Source: Octopus sinensis (Eukaryota). Taken from it: a stretch of DNA of 64,000 bases. The DNA lies in contig NC_043007.1 of the NCBI RefSeq assembly GCF_006345805.1, positions 51,336,001 through 51,400,000 of the forward strand, given 5' to 3'. The notes beneath the pieces are model-generated. The model saw only the letters and a list, made by a program, of their open reading frames with translations, was not told the origin of the DNA and did no database searches. Shown piece after piece: positions 12,130 through 25,484 of the stretch (positions within the stretch are counted from its first letter, which is position 1; the number at the start of each line of letters is the position of its first letter). The translations under genes were made by a program, and so were the position numbers.

Positions 12130-12833
12130 TTAATCAATATAGGGTTTTAAAAAATTCAATAGAAATTTATCGCCACCAGCGGTCTAGCGAGAAAGAGAAA
12201 ATAGTCATAGACTATATATATAAATTCAACAACAATTGAGGAATGGCCTTAATAGGCCATTCGACCCACTAGAAAGAGCAGCCAGGACTCAAACCGCCAA
12301 GTAGTAGTAATTCAGAAATTAAAGGAAAATTTTAAAACATTTACCCTAATTCATCTTTAGACAATGCATTGTTTCGGTGTTTTTAATGGCAAACCAGCTG
12401 AATTAAATTAAATTAAGTCAATCCACCAAAGGCTACACCTCATCGGTAAAGAAGCCAGGAGAGACAGATATACACGAGGCACCTGTATCTATGCCCTAGG
12501 AATATCTGCCCTAAAATTTTCAAAACCATCGTACTCGCGCCAACTTATCAGCAGTAAATATAAACTGCTGATTCAATTTCAGAATTAGTCAGAAAATCAT
12601 CAATTAATCAATATAGGGTAGCAAAAAATTCAATAGAAATTTATCGCCACCAGCGGTCTAGTGAGAAAGAGAAAATAGTCATAGACTATATATATAAATT
12701 CAACAACAATTGAGGAATGGCCTTAATAGGCCATTCGACCCACTAGAAAGAGCAGCCAGGACTTAAACCGCCAAGTAGTAGTAATTCAGAAATTGAAGGA
12801 AAATTTAAAAACATTTACCCTAATTCATCTTTA
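12130..12833 (-). mobile_element. Non-coding Penelope-like/retrozyme-like element: 230-bp direct repeats, 474-bp period
   Basis: R1 at 12130-12359 and R2 at 12604-12833 are nearly identical. An HHR spans the R1/unique junction. No ORF. Confidence 0.85.
12354..12452 (-). ncRNA. Type I hammerhead ribozyme with U4C core variant
   Basis: Minus strand TCTTTA-CCGATGA-GGTGT...ACACC-GAAA-CAATGCATTG-TC-TAAAGA. 6-bp stem I, 5-bp stem II, palindromic stem III, GUC cleavage between 12360 and 12359. Confidence 0.75.
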
Positions 12834-12925
12834 TATATATATATTTCCTGAGCGTCCAATAATACTATATTTGTTCCACGTCCTCGCGTTGTTGTGTTTT
12901 TTTGTGCTTTCTTGTTTGGATTAAC

Positions 12926-12980
<55 letters not shown>

Positions 12981-15017
12981 CGGCAAATAAGAGAAAATGG
13001 AGAAGATACAAAACCATATACATCTGTTGGTAGACATTCCAGTGTGTCTATTTATTCAAAAGTATTAGAAAAATATTAGAAGCATAAATACACATGTCGT
13101 AACTATGTGTTACACACATATGTATTAATTAATATTGCAGGAAAGAGTATAAGATCAGTTCCTTACGGCCGTTTCTGCCAAGAGGAAACGAAATCTTTCA
13201 TGCTACCTCCATCTCTTCGGTGTTCTGTAGGGATGGGCAGATAAAGTTTGAATGATGAGTGTGTCTCTAGGCTTCTTCAGAAGGTCCAAATGGTTATGAG
13301 GGCTAATACATATAATAATATAATAAACAGTTAACAATAGGTACAATGTATTTGTCATCATTAAAGAGGGCAAAAAATATATGAGCAAATGTGAGGCTAC
13401 GAGAGAAGTACAGCTTATTAAAAGGAATTAGGTATAGGAAGGGGAAATAAGCTATAAACTTACCGTGGTGTTTTCCAGGATAAATCAATTAAGTAGCTAG
13501 AAATACTTGGATTACCCACCTTTAGCTATACGCAGAAATACCGATAGCCGTTAATATATATCCATGTAAACAACTTCAAACTACCCCTTTTAAATAAAAC
13601 ATTTAACTTAATAATCTAATACTATAACACAGTGCCATTCCTTTAATTCTTTATATCTAATATCTTACTAGTATAAGTTTCAGCACTGAATAACTATAAG
13701 CTAGCAAAACAAACATCCAAATTCCTTCCGGTCCGGTCCATTTTTGTCCTTATTTAGGAAATCCCCCTTCTTCTACCTTCCGGCAACAATGAATCCCTTA
13801 TCCAGCTCCTATTTTACGTTTAACCATATACAATAGATTCCCCTGATATGTTTTATATTTCTATATATTTTTTATACGTTTTATGCGCTTTTACTTTTCT
13901 TTAGGATCCTCCTCTCTTAGTCCCATTATTTTAGTTGTCGCACCTACTCACTTATTTACCTGTTTTCAATCCTGTTTGCTCTTTTATTTGCCCTTACTGG
14001 CCATGGTTTATATATTTATTTCGTTTAATTTTTTGTCTTATTTCTTAACCATCAAGGAACAGGAACCACGTCATTGTTTTCAAAAAAAATAGCTGACCAA
14101 GACTGACCATGACCCCCCACCCCACAAAGGGATTCAGAAACTTGTTGATCGGCAAAAAAAAAAAAGAACACTAACACCGCACTTTAGTCACCACCAGTTT
14201 CCTTACTCCCATTAGTACACTTATATACCAAATCTTCCCATGATGTGCTCACCATCATAAGCTACTTATGCCATACCATCCACAATGTTGCACCTTTTAG
14301 CTGGCACTTTATATATGAACTTTCACCTCCGTAACTCAGACAATACCTTCAAATCCACCACCATATTTCAATGTAGACATAATGTGAATTTCTATGTAAA
14401 CATAATGCGAACTACTACCTAAATTCACCCTTCCTAAAAACTCCTCCCAAGAACGACTATACTTAGCTATCCACCATCGGACGAAGTAACATGGATCTTG
14501 GAATACAACACGGGAAGTTCGTAGCTTATTTCCCCTTCCTACACCTAATTCATTTTAATAAGCTGTACTTCTCTCACAGCCTCATATTTGCTCCTATTCT
14601 TTTTCTGCCCGTTTATATAATGGCAAACACATTGTACCCATTGTTAACTGTTTATTATATGCATTAGCATGGGTGTATTTCAAGTGAGGGTGAATGAGTA
14701 TATACATGTAGGCACATGTACGTGGGTGTGCGGGCATGCATGTGTAGGTATGGACATGCGCGCTTACGCGATTGCCATGAACATTTTTATTCCCTTACCT
14801 TTTTCCCTGCCCTTACTTAGCTGTCATTCTAATAGCTCTTTTGTCAATCACACTGTAATTTCCCTTTGTTTAACGGTCATTTTCATAGCATTTTTTGATG
14901 GCCCGATAACTGAAAAGATGCTGGTGTGGGTTTCTGCCCCAACATCCGAAACTCGGAGTTTTATCATGGCTACCGAATAATTGTCACATATATTTACACA
15001 TACACACACACACACAC

Positions 15018-15094
<77 letters not shown>

Positions 15095-15144
15095 TTCATA
15101 ACTACTTGAAATTTTGTTGCTTATATTGAAGCTATACCACACAC

Positions 15145-15537
15145 ATAGATTAACAGCCACAACCACACACACACATACGTGTTATCATTGCACACATATA
15201 CGCATACACACACACGCACACGCAGACCTGCGCGCACGCACATATCCACACTTACACACACATACCTCCTCTTGCACTCTCCTGTCTTTGAAGAACTTTT
15301 TCTTCACCCATTCCCTTCCGGTCATTTAAAATGTGACTGCGTGTGTACCGTTGGCGTTTTTTTTTTCCTCCGTCTTCCCTTCTTTGGATCTTTCCTTTTC
15401 CTATATTTCTGACGAAGAGCTCCGCTCGAAACGTTAAACCCTCCTTCTTTCCTTCTTTCCTGAGCGTCCAATGATACTATACTTGTTCCACGTCCTCGCG
15501 TTGTTGTGTTTTACTGCTTGTGTTTTCATGTTTGGAT

Positions 15538-15541
<4 letters not shown>
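15145..15541 (+). mobile_element. Penelope-like family A terminal repeat with HHR at 15405-15439
   Basis: Same sequence as about 200-398, 12846-12925 (tail), 16632-16815 (upstream part), 32745-32925, 40330-40740 (minus) and 59275-59600 (minus). Ends at (TA)n. Confidence 0.75.
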
Positions 15542-15579
<38 letters not shown>

Positions 15580-15596
15580 ATTTATTTTATAGAAGG

Positions 15597-15647
15597 AGCT
15601 TCTACAGGACTAGAACTGTTTCATTCAGATGAAATCTTCAGGAAGCT
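15597..15647 (-). ncRNA. Type I hammerhead ribozyme with a full non-palindromic stem III
   Basis: Minus strand AGCTTC-CTGAAGA-T-TTC(ATCT)GAA-T-GAAA-CAG(TTCTAGTC)CTG-TA-GAAGCT. 6-bp stem I, GUA site, U.U at the base of stem II. Confidence 0.65.
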
Positions 15648-16082
15648 GGCTGTCAATATAAGGGTCTGGTATTTATACATTTAGGCAGATTTAATGGGGT
15701 GGTGGTGGGGGACGTTCTTTGGGTCAGTTGGTATTTAGGAGATAAACAGGGCGCAAACTATTGTTCTTAGGGGAGTGGTCAAAAGGCCAGAGAGTTTTTT
15801 GAAATGAGAAGAATCAGTGAGAAAGTAAATAAATGAATAAATAGAATAATTGAATAGTCAGATATGTGGGATGGGGTTTTAGGTAAATTAGAAGACAATT
15901 GCTTTTAGTTGGTTTGTTATTGTTAAGTGGAGGGAAGAAGTAGATAAATATACATGAAAAAACATATAAAATAAATATACATACAAACCCACAGACATAC
16001 ACATGCGAATATCCATATATATATATACATACGCACATGTATATACATACAGACACACCCACACATACATACAAATACACAA

Positions 16083-16117
<35 letters not shown>

Positions 16118-16165
16118 CATATATACACATATACATATACATACATACACGCACACACACGCACC

Positions 16166-16199
<34 letters not shown>

Positions 16200-17437
16200 C
16201 ATATATATATACACATACATATACATATACATACATACACGCACACACACGCACATATATATATACACATATATATATACCCTCATATACACACACAATG
16301 ATATTTTTTTTTCTCCTCAACTTCCACCCTTATTTTATTTTTATTTTTATTTTCCCTTTTCTCTATTTGTCTCTATCCCCTACTCCAAACACACAGACAC
16401 ACACACACACACGCACACACACACACACACATACACACAAACACACACCTACACACAGAGACGCACACACACACCACCACAATGCAATCATACAAAGTAG
16501 ACGCAGTTCCTAGACCCCAAATGGCATCTGACCATCCTCAAAATCATAAAGGTATAATTTATGGCCTACCTACCCACCGACACACATTCAGTGACGCTAG
16601 AATAGACAAACGCTAAAATTTCTTAGAACTAAGATTAACAGCCACAACCACACATACACACACACACACGTGTTATCATTGCACACATACACGCATACAC
16701 ACACACGCACACGCAGACCTGCGCGCACGCACATATCCACACTTACACACACACATACCTCCTCTTGCACTCTCCTGTCTTTGAAGAACTTTTTCTTCAC
16801 CCATTCCCTTCCGGAATATATATATATATATATATATATATTCCCGTCGTCCATCTGCGACGACCTTCCGTCGTAACTGCTATCCTGTCTTTTCTCGCCC
16901 GCCTTCTAAGGCTACTGGTCGACATTTTTCTCTCTCGTCGTCCACTATAATCCAGCGTTTGCAATACTTTTTTCGTCTGGCGTTAACAGCCCTTCTTATC
17001 TTGTTCTCCTTGTCCTGTCTCTCACTGTTATATATTTATTTTTCCACTGTTTAACATATATTTTTTACTGTTTATATGTTTGTACTGTCGTTACCGTCTT
17101 GCTTTTTTTTTTACCCCTCTGCAAAAGATCTCAGAATTTTAATTGATTTGCTTTTCGCAGGAAGGAAGTTTTCTTCGAAGTATACGTCTCGCTTTTATCC
17201 TTCGAAACGTTTAGTAGATGAAACCTTAGCGACTGAAGAAGGGGATTTTTCGTTGTGCTTATTGTCCTGTATCTCTTTTTTTGCTTGTCTTGTTCCTTGG
17301 TTTGTGTCTATGTTTTTCGTCTCTCTATGTGTTCGACGTCTTTTTGGTGTCCTGTACACATATATGCGTGTATATGTACATGTAGAGGTAGGTACGTACA
17401 TATATGTTTATATATATGCATATGTTCTATTTTATTA

Positions 17438-17470
<33 letters not shown>

Positions 17471-18412
17471 TCTAACACTAGCGAGACCCGTCAATATTTC
17501 ACGGAAGTAAGGGTAAACCTATTGGGTTGTTGCTGAAAACGTGATCTAAAAAACTTGAAAGCGTAGCCTGTATGGAAAGATAGTCACTCATCTGCTACTC
17601 ATTGTGAAGTGATAGAAATTGGAATACAATAATTACTTAATGCACTTTAGATACTTTCTGCACCATTTTATAGACTTAAGACACAGCACCCATAAAAAAA
17701 ATATTCACTCTTATTTCTTTCTATTTTTCCCATTAAAAAATATTCTTTAACCTTTAGTTAAATTGCATACATCTGTCACGTAAATAAGCGCGAATATATC
17801 ACGGAATTGCACTTATGCGCATGCGTTAAGTGGTAGGTGATATAAAACAAATTAGTTCAATTTTTTTAAAGCACTTTTCGCTATCCAATCATCACCGCCA
17901 CCTCCATCACCTCCACCACCATGACTGCCATCTCCACCACCACGACGTCCATGTCCACCACCATCAACATCTCTCTCTCCTCTCCCCTCTCTCTTCCCTC
18001 TTTTTCTCTTTGCCTTGCTTTAACCTCACAATCAGAACATCACCTCTCTGCTAAAATTATTATGTTCTCCCTACCTCACGTTATGGACATCTCTCTCTTT
18101 CTCTTTTCTCTCTCCCTCTTTTTCTTTCTCTCTGTTTTCTCCCTCTTTCTGCCACACTCTTCGCCTAATCCTCTTTTCCTCTCTTTCTCTTCAACGATTT
18201 GTTACAATTACACTCCCTCTATCTCATGTCATAGACGCTTCTCTCTCCCTCTTTCTTTCTCTCTCCATTTTTCTCTAATCCTATGAAATCGTTACCGACA
18301 GGCTTAGTAACGTAATGACACGCAGAATTATCATAGGATTTAGCAGAAGCAACAGAGTGGAGGGTTCCTGCTATTTTGTAAGCATTATTCTGCGTTTGAG
18401 ATAAAATATTTC

Positions 18413-18504
<92 letters not shown>

Positions 18505-18823
18505 GTAGGTAGTAGGTAGGTAGGTAGGTAGGTATTTCGTTTTAAAGATTTGGTTTGCAAGATTCTTTATGTGAGTTCGTGTGTTGAAGCATACTTTGTT
18601 GTGTCTGGGGAGAGTCACTACCCTATTATTTAACTAGCGGCAAATTTCTCTGCAAAATATGGATAGTTCATCCTGTTCCTGGTATTCTGCTAGCATTATT
18701 CTGCGTTTGAGAATAAAACATTTCCTTATCTGTATCTTTCAATACATCTCAACGCTTCTAAAGCAAAGTTTGTTTACTTTCATCTTAATTTGAATTTCCA
18801 TACATACATACATACATACTATA

Positions 18824-18885
<62 letters not shown>

Positions 18886-19410
18886 CATATACCTAGTTCT
18901 CTGTTCTCGACATCGTTCACCACAGTCTATCATTTATATAGGTTGAGCTGCTAGATACAGCAACTTAGTGTTGCTAAATTTATTCACTGTTATCTGAACA
19001 ATGAATAGATACGATGGATAAGTTAATCGGAAATATACTGTTTGAAAAATCAAGAGAGAATGGGTCGGGATGGAATACTGTTTTGATTATAGGTATGATC
19101 GCATGATCAGGGTTAACTGAGGGCTAAATAACAAAGACTGCTATATAACTATCATGATGTCTAAATATGTGCGAGTTGGGTATATGTTTGTTGATATGTT
19201 GTTGGTGATTCATGCTTGTATGTTGTGCAGTGGGGTGTATGTGATCTATCTATCCATCTATCTACCTATCTACCTACCTACCTGCCTACCTATATACCTA
19301 CCTACCTATTTATCTAACTACCTTTCTATCTCTCTACTTATCTATTTATCTAACTACCTATTTACCTATCTATCTGTCTGGCTATCAATCAATCTATCTA
19401 CCTACCTACG

Positions 19411-19474
<64 letters not shown>

Positions 19475-19488
19475 CATCTATATATATA

Positions 19489-19536
<48 letters not shown>

Positions 19537-21970
19537 ATATACTATCTACTTACTCGTCTGTTTATCTATTTAACTATGTATCTATTTATCTACATAGCAA
19601 TCTATCTACCTATCTAAAGTTAGATATATAAAGAATATATAGCTATATATGTTTTTGGGTGTATATGTTCCCGCATTCACACATGCACACAGATATGCTC
19701 ATGCATACCTGCCTATACATACACTGCATACATAAATAAAAAACATAAATACATACATACATACACACTCACACACATATTGAATCTTTTGCAGATTTTT
19801 TCCCCGGTGCGATAATTACATCATGCGGTGTGTGATGTAATTATATTTACCAACGTTGTTGTCTTCAAATCGTGTAACCTTAATTGTCTATGTAGGTAGA
19901 TCTTCACTTGAACTTTTAAACCACCATTAGTTTTTCGTTCCCTGTATCTTTTTATCTCCTGTATATTTTAATCATTAAATTTTTTGAAATAACCTAAAAT
20001 ACAATTATCACTGTCCTAGACACTACCTTGGTCTACTGTTTTATCTTTTTTCTTCATCCAGTACAGCTATTAACAACAAAGCTTGATGTAATCTCTTGTA
20101 AAATAGGGCGCCGTCTGCGACAGGCTTTCATTGGTAAAGTGTTAGAAATCAAAGGCGCATGTCTGACAAGCCTTGTTACGTCACAATTGACTCCAGATTG
20201 TCTATAAGAAGGATTACCATAAACATCGACAATGCAACAAAACAAAAGCCAGAAGACACGGCCACTGTTCATTTCATTGTTATTAATATATAAACTTCTA
20301 CGTCCTTTTTCACAATTTTAAATTTAATCTTATATTTTATTTTTTTCCTCCGATTTTTAGTATCATACTTTCTCTACTTTTATTCAATTTACACATACAT
20401 ACACACGATCACGTACACATTCAAACAAACTCGCACGCATGCATATTTCATTAGCTTTCTTTTAATTTCATGGCCAGATATAAATCTGAGATTGATTAGT
20501 GGCGTGTAAATTGTGGAAGCTGCTCAATATTGAGGCTTCCGGTAGCGAGCTCGGCTGAACCAGAGATCAATTTGTTGAATCTTCAATATGCAATAAAATG
20601 GCACCTGTATGTACAACTAAACTGAAATTTGATTTTATAACTTTAAATGTTTTATCTTTGGTTTTTTTCCCCTTTTTTCTTCTATGGAAAAGCAGTCATA
20701 GTGACAGACTGGTTTACTTCAATGCAAAAGAAGTGATATGGCCAAAGAATTGACAAACAGAACTACCTACGCACAGGTTCCGAGTTGAATTCCAATCGTC
20801 ATTTTAGTGCATCTAAGCAGATCATCATTTTGATCTATATTGCATTAATGTATTTAACTGAAACTGTCGGAAATAGGTTGTGAGTAGATAGTCTGGGAAT
20901 TTCGAATGACTAGCATCTTATCCATCGTTGGGGATACATCTCGTGTCTGCTCAATGCCATCAGTTGAAAACTGAGTATTGGCCCTTTAAAACCACTTCAT
21001 CTGAGGCCACTACATTTTTACAAATAAATATTTTACGCTATTTTCATGAAACATGGATTTCTTACCTAACCTCAATACCGTAAAACGCTATGGTGCCTAT
21101 GTAAGATATGAACTATAAATTAAGACCAAAATTCTTTACGAGGTTGTTTAAGACTATCATAAATGTATTTCTTACAGGAATAAAAATAATAAACTACAAA
21201 AATTTCGCAAAATCCTTTTTATAAACACTTTTTATAAACTTGACCTTAAACATTCTGGTTTGTTTTCAAACTTTTAGTTAACCTTTGTTTCATACGTTTT
21301 GAATTATATAAAGCTTTCTTTTCAAAAGCCCCTAGTTACTCCGGTGTTTGAAAAAAAATGGGAATATGTATCATATTTGATGCATGGACGCACTGGAAAC
21401 ATGTCCTGTGTATCAGATGTGATAAACAGAACAAGCACAGAGTTAAACGATAGTCATGCTTCAAGAATTCTAAAGAAAGAATGTATTTCTAGATTTTCAA
21501 ATTCACTTTTATGGCTTCTAATACAAGAAAAAGAGAAAAAGAAAACACGACTCTGACATTTTCTTGAAGTCACCTTCCTACACTAGAAACTACATGTGTT
21601 CTTTCTTTTGCTTCATTATATAGCAGTCAATACTCATGAAAATAATTTCATACAAACAACAATCTGTACAAAACCCAACAGAACATATGTATTCATCATA
21701 TTAGTTTATGAATGTTTTTCTATAATTGTTCGAAAACCATTTTGACGTTTAAACATCCTCTAAGAGGATGTTTAAAACTAACAACTGATGGGAGCCACTT
21801 TGAATTAGTGGCGTCTCATTCAGCTAAAATTCTTTTACAACGATACAACAAGTGTAGACTCTTAATGAACTAATTATTAAAAAAATATGATGTATAGCAG
21901 AATTATACTTTGGTCCCATTTTCCTACTAATTCTATCAGTTAATTAGTTAATTATTACAACCAAAACCAC

Positions 21971-22480
21971 CACTATGTGGACATCCTTATGCTAGATATA
22001 GATCCGCTATGGTCTTACCACTAAGAAATGTTCTCAAGAAAAATTTAGCAAAACAACCAAAACGTAATCGAGCAAAACAAAAAGAAAAAGCAATAAAAAT
22101 ATGGATTATTCGCATACATGTTTCACTATTAACATATTACGTAATTTTACTTACATAAAGGTCCGTAGATCATCCGTGTGACCGTCCAGATGAATATAAT
22201 TTGTAGGACTGCATACTAGGACGTTCGCACAAAGTCAGACTTGTAAACAGTTCTACCCGTAACACTCGTGGTTACTATTTCAAATGTCCTCATTTAGGCG
22301 CGCTAAATTACGTAATATGTTAATAGTGAAACATGTATGCGAATAATCCATATTTTTATTGATTTTTCTTTTGTCTTGCTCGATTACCTTTTGGTTGTTT
22401 TGCTAAATTTTTCTTGAGAACAATTCTTAGTGGTAAGACCATAGCGGATCTATTTCTAGCATAAGGATGTCCACATAGTG
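21971..22480. mobile_element. MITE/foldback with ~177-bp terminal inverted repeats
   Basis: Arms 21971-22147 and 22305-22480 (cactatgtggac.../...gtccacatagtg), 157-bp spacer, TA on the right flank. Confidence 0.8.
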
Positions 22481-22657
22481 TATATAATACAATTTTACTG
22501 AACCTTCAGTTTTTTTATATGCTAGACAACTGGTGTGAAATCGATGTTAATTAAATTAATATCTAATTTCCCACCCTCATTTTAAATTTAAAATTATATA
22601 TATATATATGTACGTGTGCGTGTGTGTGTTTCCATTTATCACATTAGAATATATAGA

Positions 22658-22690
<33 letters not shown>

Positions 22691-22697
22691 ATATATA

Positions 22698-23012
22698 TGG
22701 TTATCAATAATAATATAGGGTGAAATTCATTAATTTGGAATAGTCATTAATTTCACCAAGTAGATTTCGGCATGTAAAAGCCCCATTCGGGGAAGGTTTA
22801 AGTAATACTAAGTAATTAAGGGTTTAGCAACGATTTGCCTCACCACACACCGAATTTAGAAATAGCAGTCAAAGACTTATGGCTGTTCTTTCTGCTTAAA
22901 ATGGAGATCTCAGTAAAACCACAGCACTTAAAAGGCAAACGCAGGCAAAATTGGAATTGGTGATACTGGTAACGGCTTACACTCGCTCTGATACCATGAG
23001 TATATATATATA

Positions 23013-23078
<66 letters not shown>

Positions 23079-23375
23079 TTATCAATAATAATATAGGGTG
23101 AAATTCATTAATTGGAATAGTCATTAATTTCACCAAGTAGATTTCGGCATGTAAAAGCCCCATTCGGGGAAGGTTTAAGTAATACTAAGTAATTAAGGTT
23201 TAGCAACGATTTGCCTCACCACACACCGAATTTAGAAATAGCAGTCAAAGACTTATGGCTGTTCTTTCTGCTTAAAATGGAGATCTCAGTAAAACCACAG
23301 CACTTAAAAGGCAAACGCAGGCAAAATTGGAATTGGTGATATGGTAACGGCTTACACTCGCTCTGATACCATGAG
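22698..23375. repeat. Tandem duplication of a ~300-bp Penelope-like terminal segment
   Basis: Copies at 22698-23000 and 23076-23375 separated by (TA)n. The differences seen are four single-base deletions. Confidence 0.9.
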
Positions 23376-23388
23376 TATATATATATAG

Positions 23389-23419
<31 letters not shown>

Positions 23420-23464
23420 TATTATATATATATTATATATATATATACTATATATACTATATAT

Positions 23465-23505
23465 ACTAGCAATATGACCCGGCGTTGCAGGGTCATAGTG
23501 CTAGT
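23465..23505 (+). mobile_element. Helitron/Helentron-like terminal hairpin
   Basis: ACTAGCA-a-TATGACCC-ggcgttgca-GGGTCATA-g-TGCTAGT, resembling the ctag...acccggcgttgc termini of non-autonomous Helentron-type elements. Confidence 0.45.
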
Positions 23506-23914
23506 GCATGTATATATGTGTATATATATGTGTGTACATATTACATGTACATCTATATATATACATCTACACATAAAATACAAAATACAAAGTTATATCT
23601 TGATATCGCTAGTGATAACAATACTCAAAATATATAACAGACTGGAATTGTAGGCTCGTCTCTTGCAATTTCGATCAATTGTATCTTGTCCTCCCTCTTG
23701 TATAGAAGTGTGGCTACAATCCAGCCTACCTCTACTTCTGGGAGGACATTTTAAATTTTTACCCCGAATGTCCTACGTCCCAGATATAAAGGTAAAAATA
23801 AAATATTTCCACTTTGCAAGGTTCGAGTCGAGTACTCACTTGCATGCTCCGTTGACTCGAACCTTGCTTCTATTGTGGCGAATTTACCGCCTCTGGTTAG
23901 ATACTTGATATCTT

Positions 23915-24181
23915 TCATAGTCGCACCAAGACACTTTTTGATGGTGCTTTCCTCCAGGTGTTTAAATCTCTTTTTTTCTCTACATTGTATACTTTATAGA
24001 CAATAGTCTTTTCTTTAATTTTATTTTTTATTTCGTTTGGTGGTGTTATCCTAGATTCCCCGTCTTTGTCGGTGATCAATCCGAAATAGGTTTGTATTTC
24101 TTCCATTTTAATTTTAATTAGTTCGTGCCTGCCGATGACTGCAGCGAAATTCATTTTTGGACTTTCTTCTATCGAAGACAT
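23915..24181 (-). pseudogene. Truncated retrotransposon ORF1/gag-like N-terminus
   Basis: 88-aa non-repetitive ORF. KEKTIVYKVY resembles EDRTVVLRTY of the ORF at 62614-63477. Truncated by stops. Confidence 0.45.
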
Positions 24182-24902
24182 TTTAACAAAAATGCTTCCG
24201 TATAAACGGTGAAAATATTTTCAATTTCCCCAAACAGGGACACAATTCAATTTTTAAACAATAACCAAAGCTCCTTCTCCCAAAGGGGGAGGGTTACGGT
24301 TTACAATTATTTAACAAATGCAACACAACGACGTTTCCCTTACGAGGAACCAACAAACATGACAACAATAGTTAAACGGTAATAATAATAACAACAAACC
24401 TTACGGTGAATCAAAAAGCAGTACTCAGTTGAAGCTATGGTCATTTATGTATAAGAAATAAACCAACAGCAGTACTCAGTAGAAGCGGCTGTTCGAGAAA
24501 ACAGACATTACATACAACCAAACTTCATATAGATACTTAATGCTAGCTAATTAGCAGATAATCTAATGTAAAAGCCGTTGTAAAGGGTTTGTGCACCGCT
24601 CCATCTGGACTATTCCATTTCTGCACTTAAATTTTATTTTTTATTTATTCTCATTCATGTAAAACCACTTATTCAAGTTCAAGTCATTGATGCAATTTTA
24701 TACCAATTGCTATTTTTACTTTTAATTGTTATGTTACGATTTAATTATTATATTATACTTTAGTTTGATTTTAATTATTACTTACTACATATAATTCAAT
24801 TGTTATTATCATCTCTAATTTTTATTGTTAAAATGAAAGTATCTGACATAAAATAGAGAGATGTTTTTGTTTCACTTTTAACACGTAATACTGAAATACT
24901 GG

Positions 24903-25220
24903 AGAAGATATGATATTGCTATGGGCTCGTCCTAGGCAAGAAGCTGAACATTTTTTTTTGCCCATGAAACTACATGGACCCTAAGTAAGGCATGTGTAAA
25001 ATTTTAATGAAATTAGTTGTGTAGTTCTCAAGTTTTAGGGAATCATAGTAAAGAAGATATGATATTGCTGTGGCCTCGTCCTAGGCAAAAAGTTAAAAAT
25101 TTTTGCCGATGAGACTCCTCGGACCCTAAGTAAAGCATCTGTAAAATTTGAATGAAATTGATTGTGTAGTTCACAAGTTTTAGGGAAACACACAGACAGA
25201 CAGACAGACAGACAGACAGA
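24903..25220 (+). repeat. 149-bp tandem dimer followed by (CAGA)n, Helentron/DINE-like 3' region
   Basis: Units start at 24903 and 25052 (agaagatatgatattgct...gttttagggaa), followed by cagacagacagac. Confidence 0.6.
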
Positions 25221-25226
25221 TATATA

Positions 25227-25270
<44 letters not shown>

Positions 25271-25273
25271 TAG

Positions 25274-25304
<31 letters not shown>

Positions 25305-25346
25305 TATACGTATATAATGTACACATATGTATATACACTCACACAC

Positions 25347-25484
25347 ACGACGGGTTTCTTTCAGTTTCCGTCTACCAAATCCGCTCAAAAGGCTTTGATC
25401 AAAGGGCTATAATAGAGACACTTGCCCAAGCAGTAGGACTGAACTCTGAACCTTGTGGTTTGAAGCAAGTTTCTTACCACACAC
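25347..25484 (-). mobile_element. SINE family 1, 5' part
   Basis: Reverse complement of the tRNA-like head and ccgtctaccaaat core. Another copy at 38037-38176. 3' halves at about 55637-55835 and 58997-59200. Confidence 0.75.

Noticed and set aside
13160-13200. Hammerhead on the minus strand (GAAACGGCCGTA-AGGAA)
   Set aside because: The 3' half and stem I are present but the CUGANGA core appears deleted, so it is a relic only.
17200-17265. Type II hammerhead (GAAACGTT...CTGAAGA)
   Set aside because: Stem I cannot be formed and stem II is poor.
22755-22800. Hammerhead in the duplicated 300-bp unit
   Set aside because: It has a hairpin and GAAA but no CUGANGA core or valid stem III.
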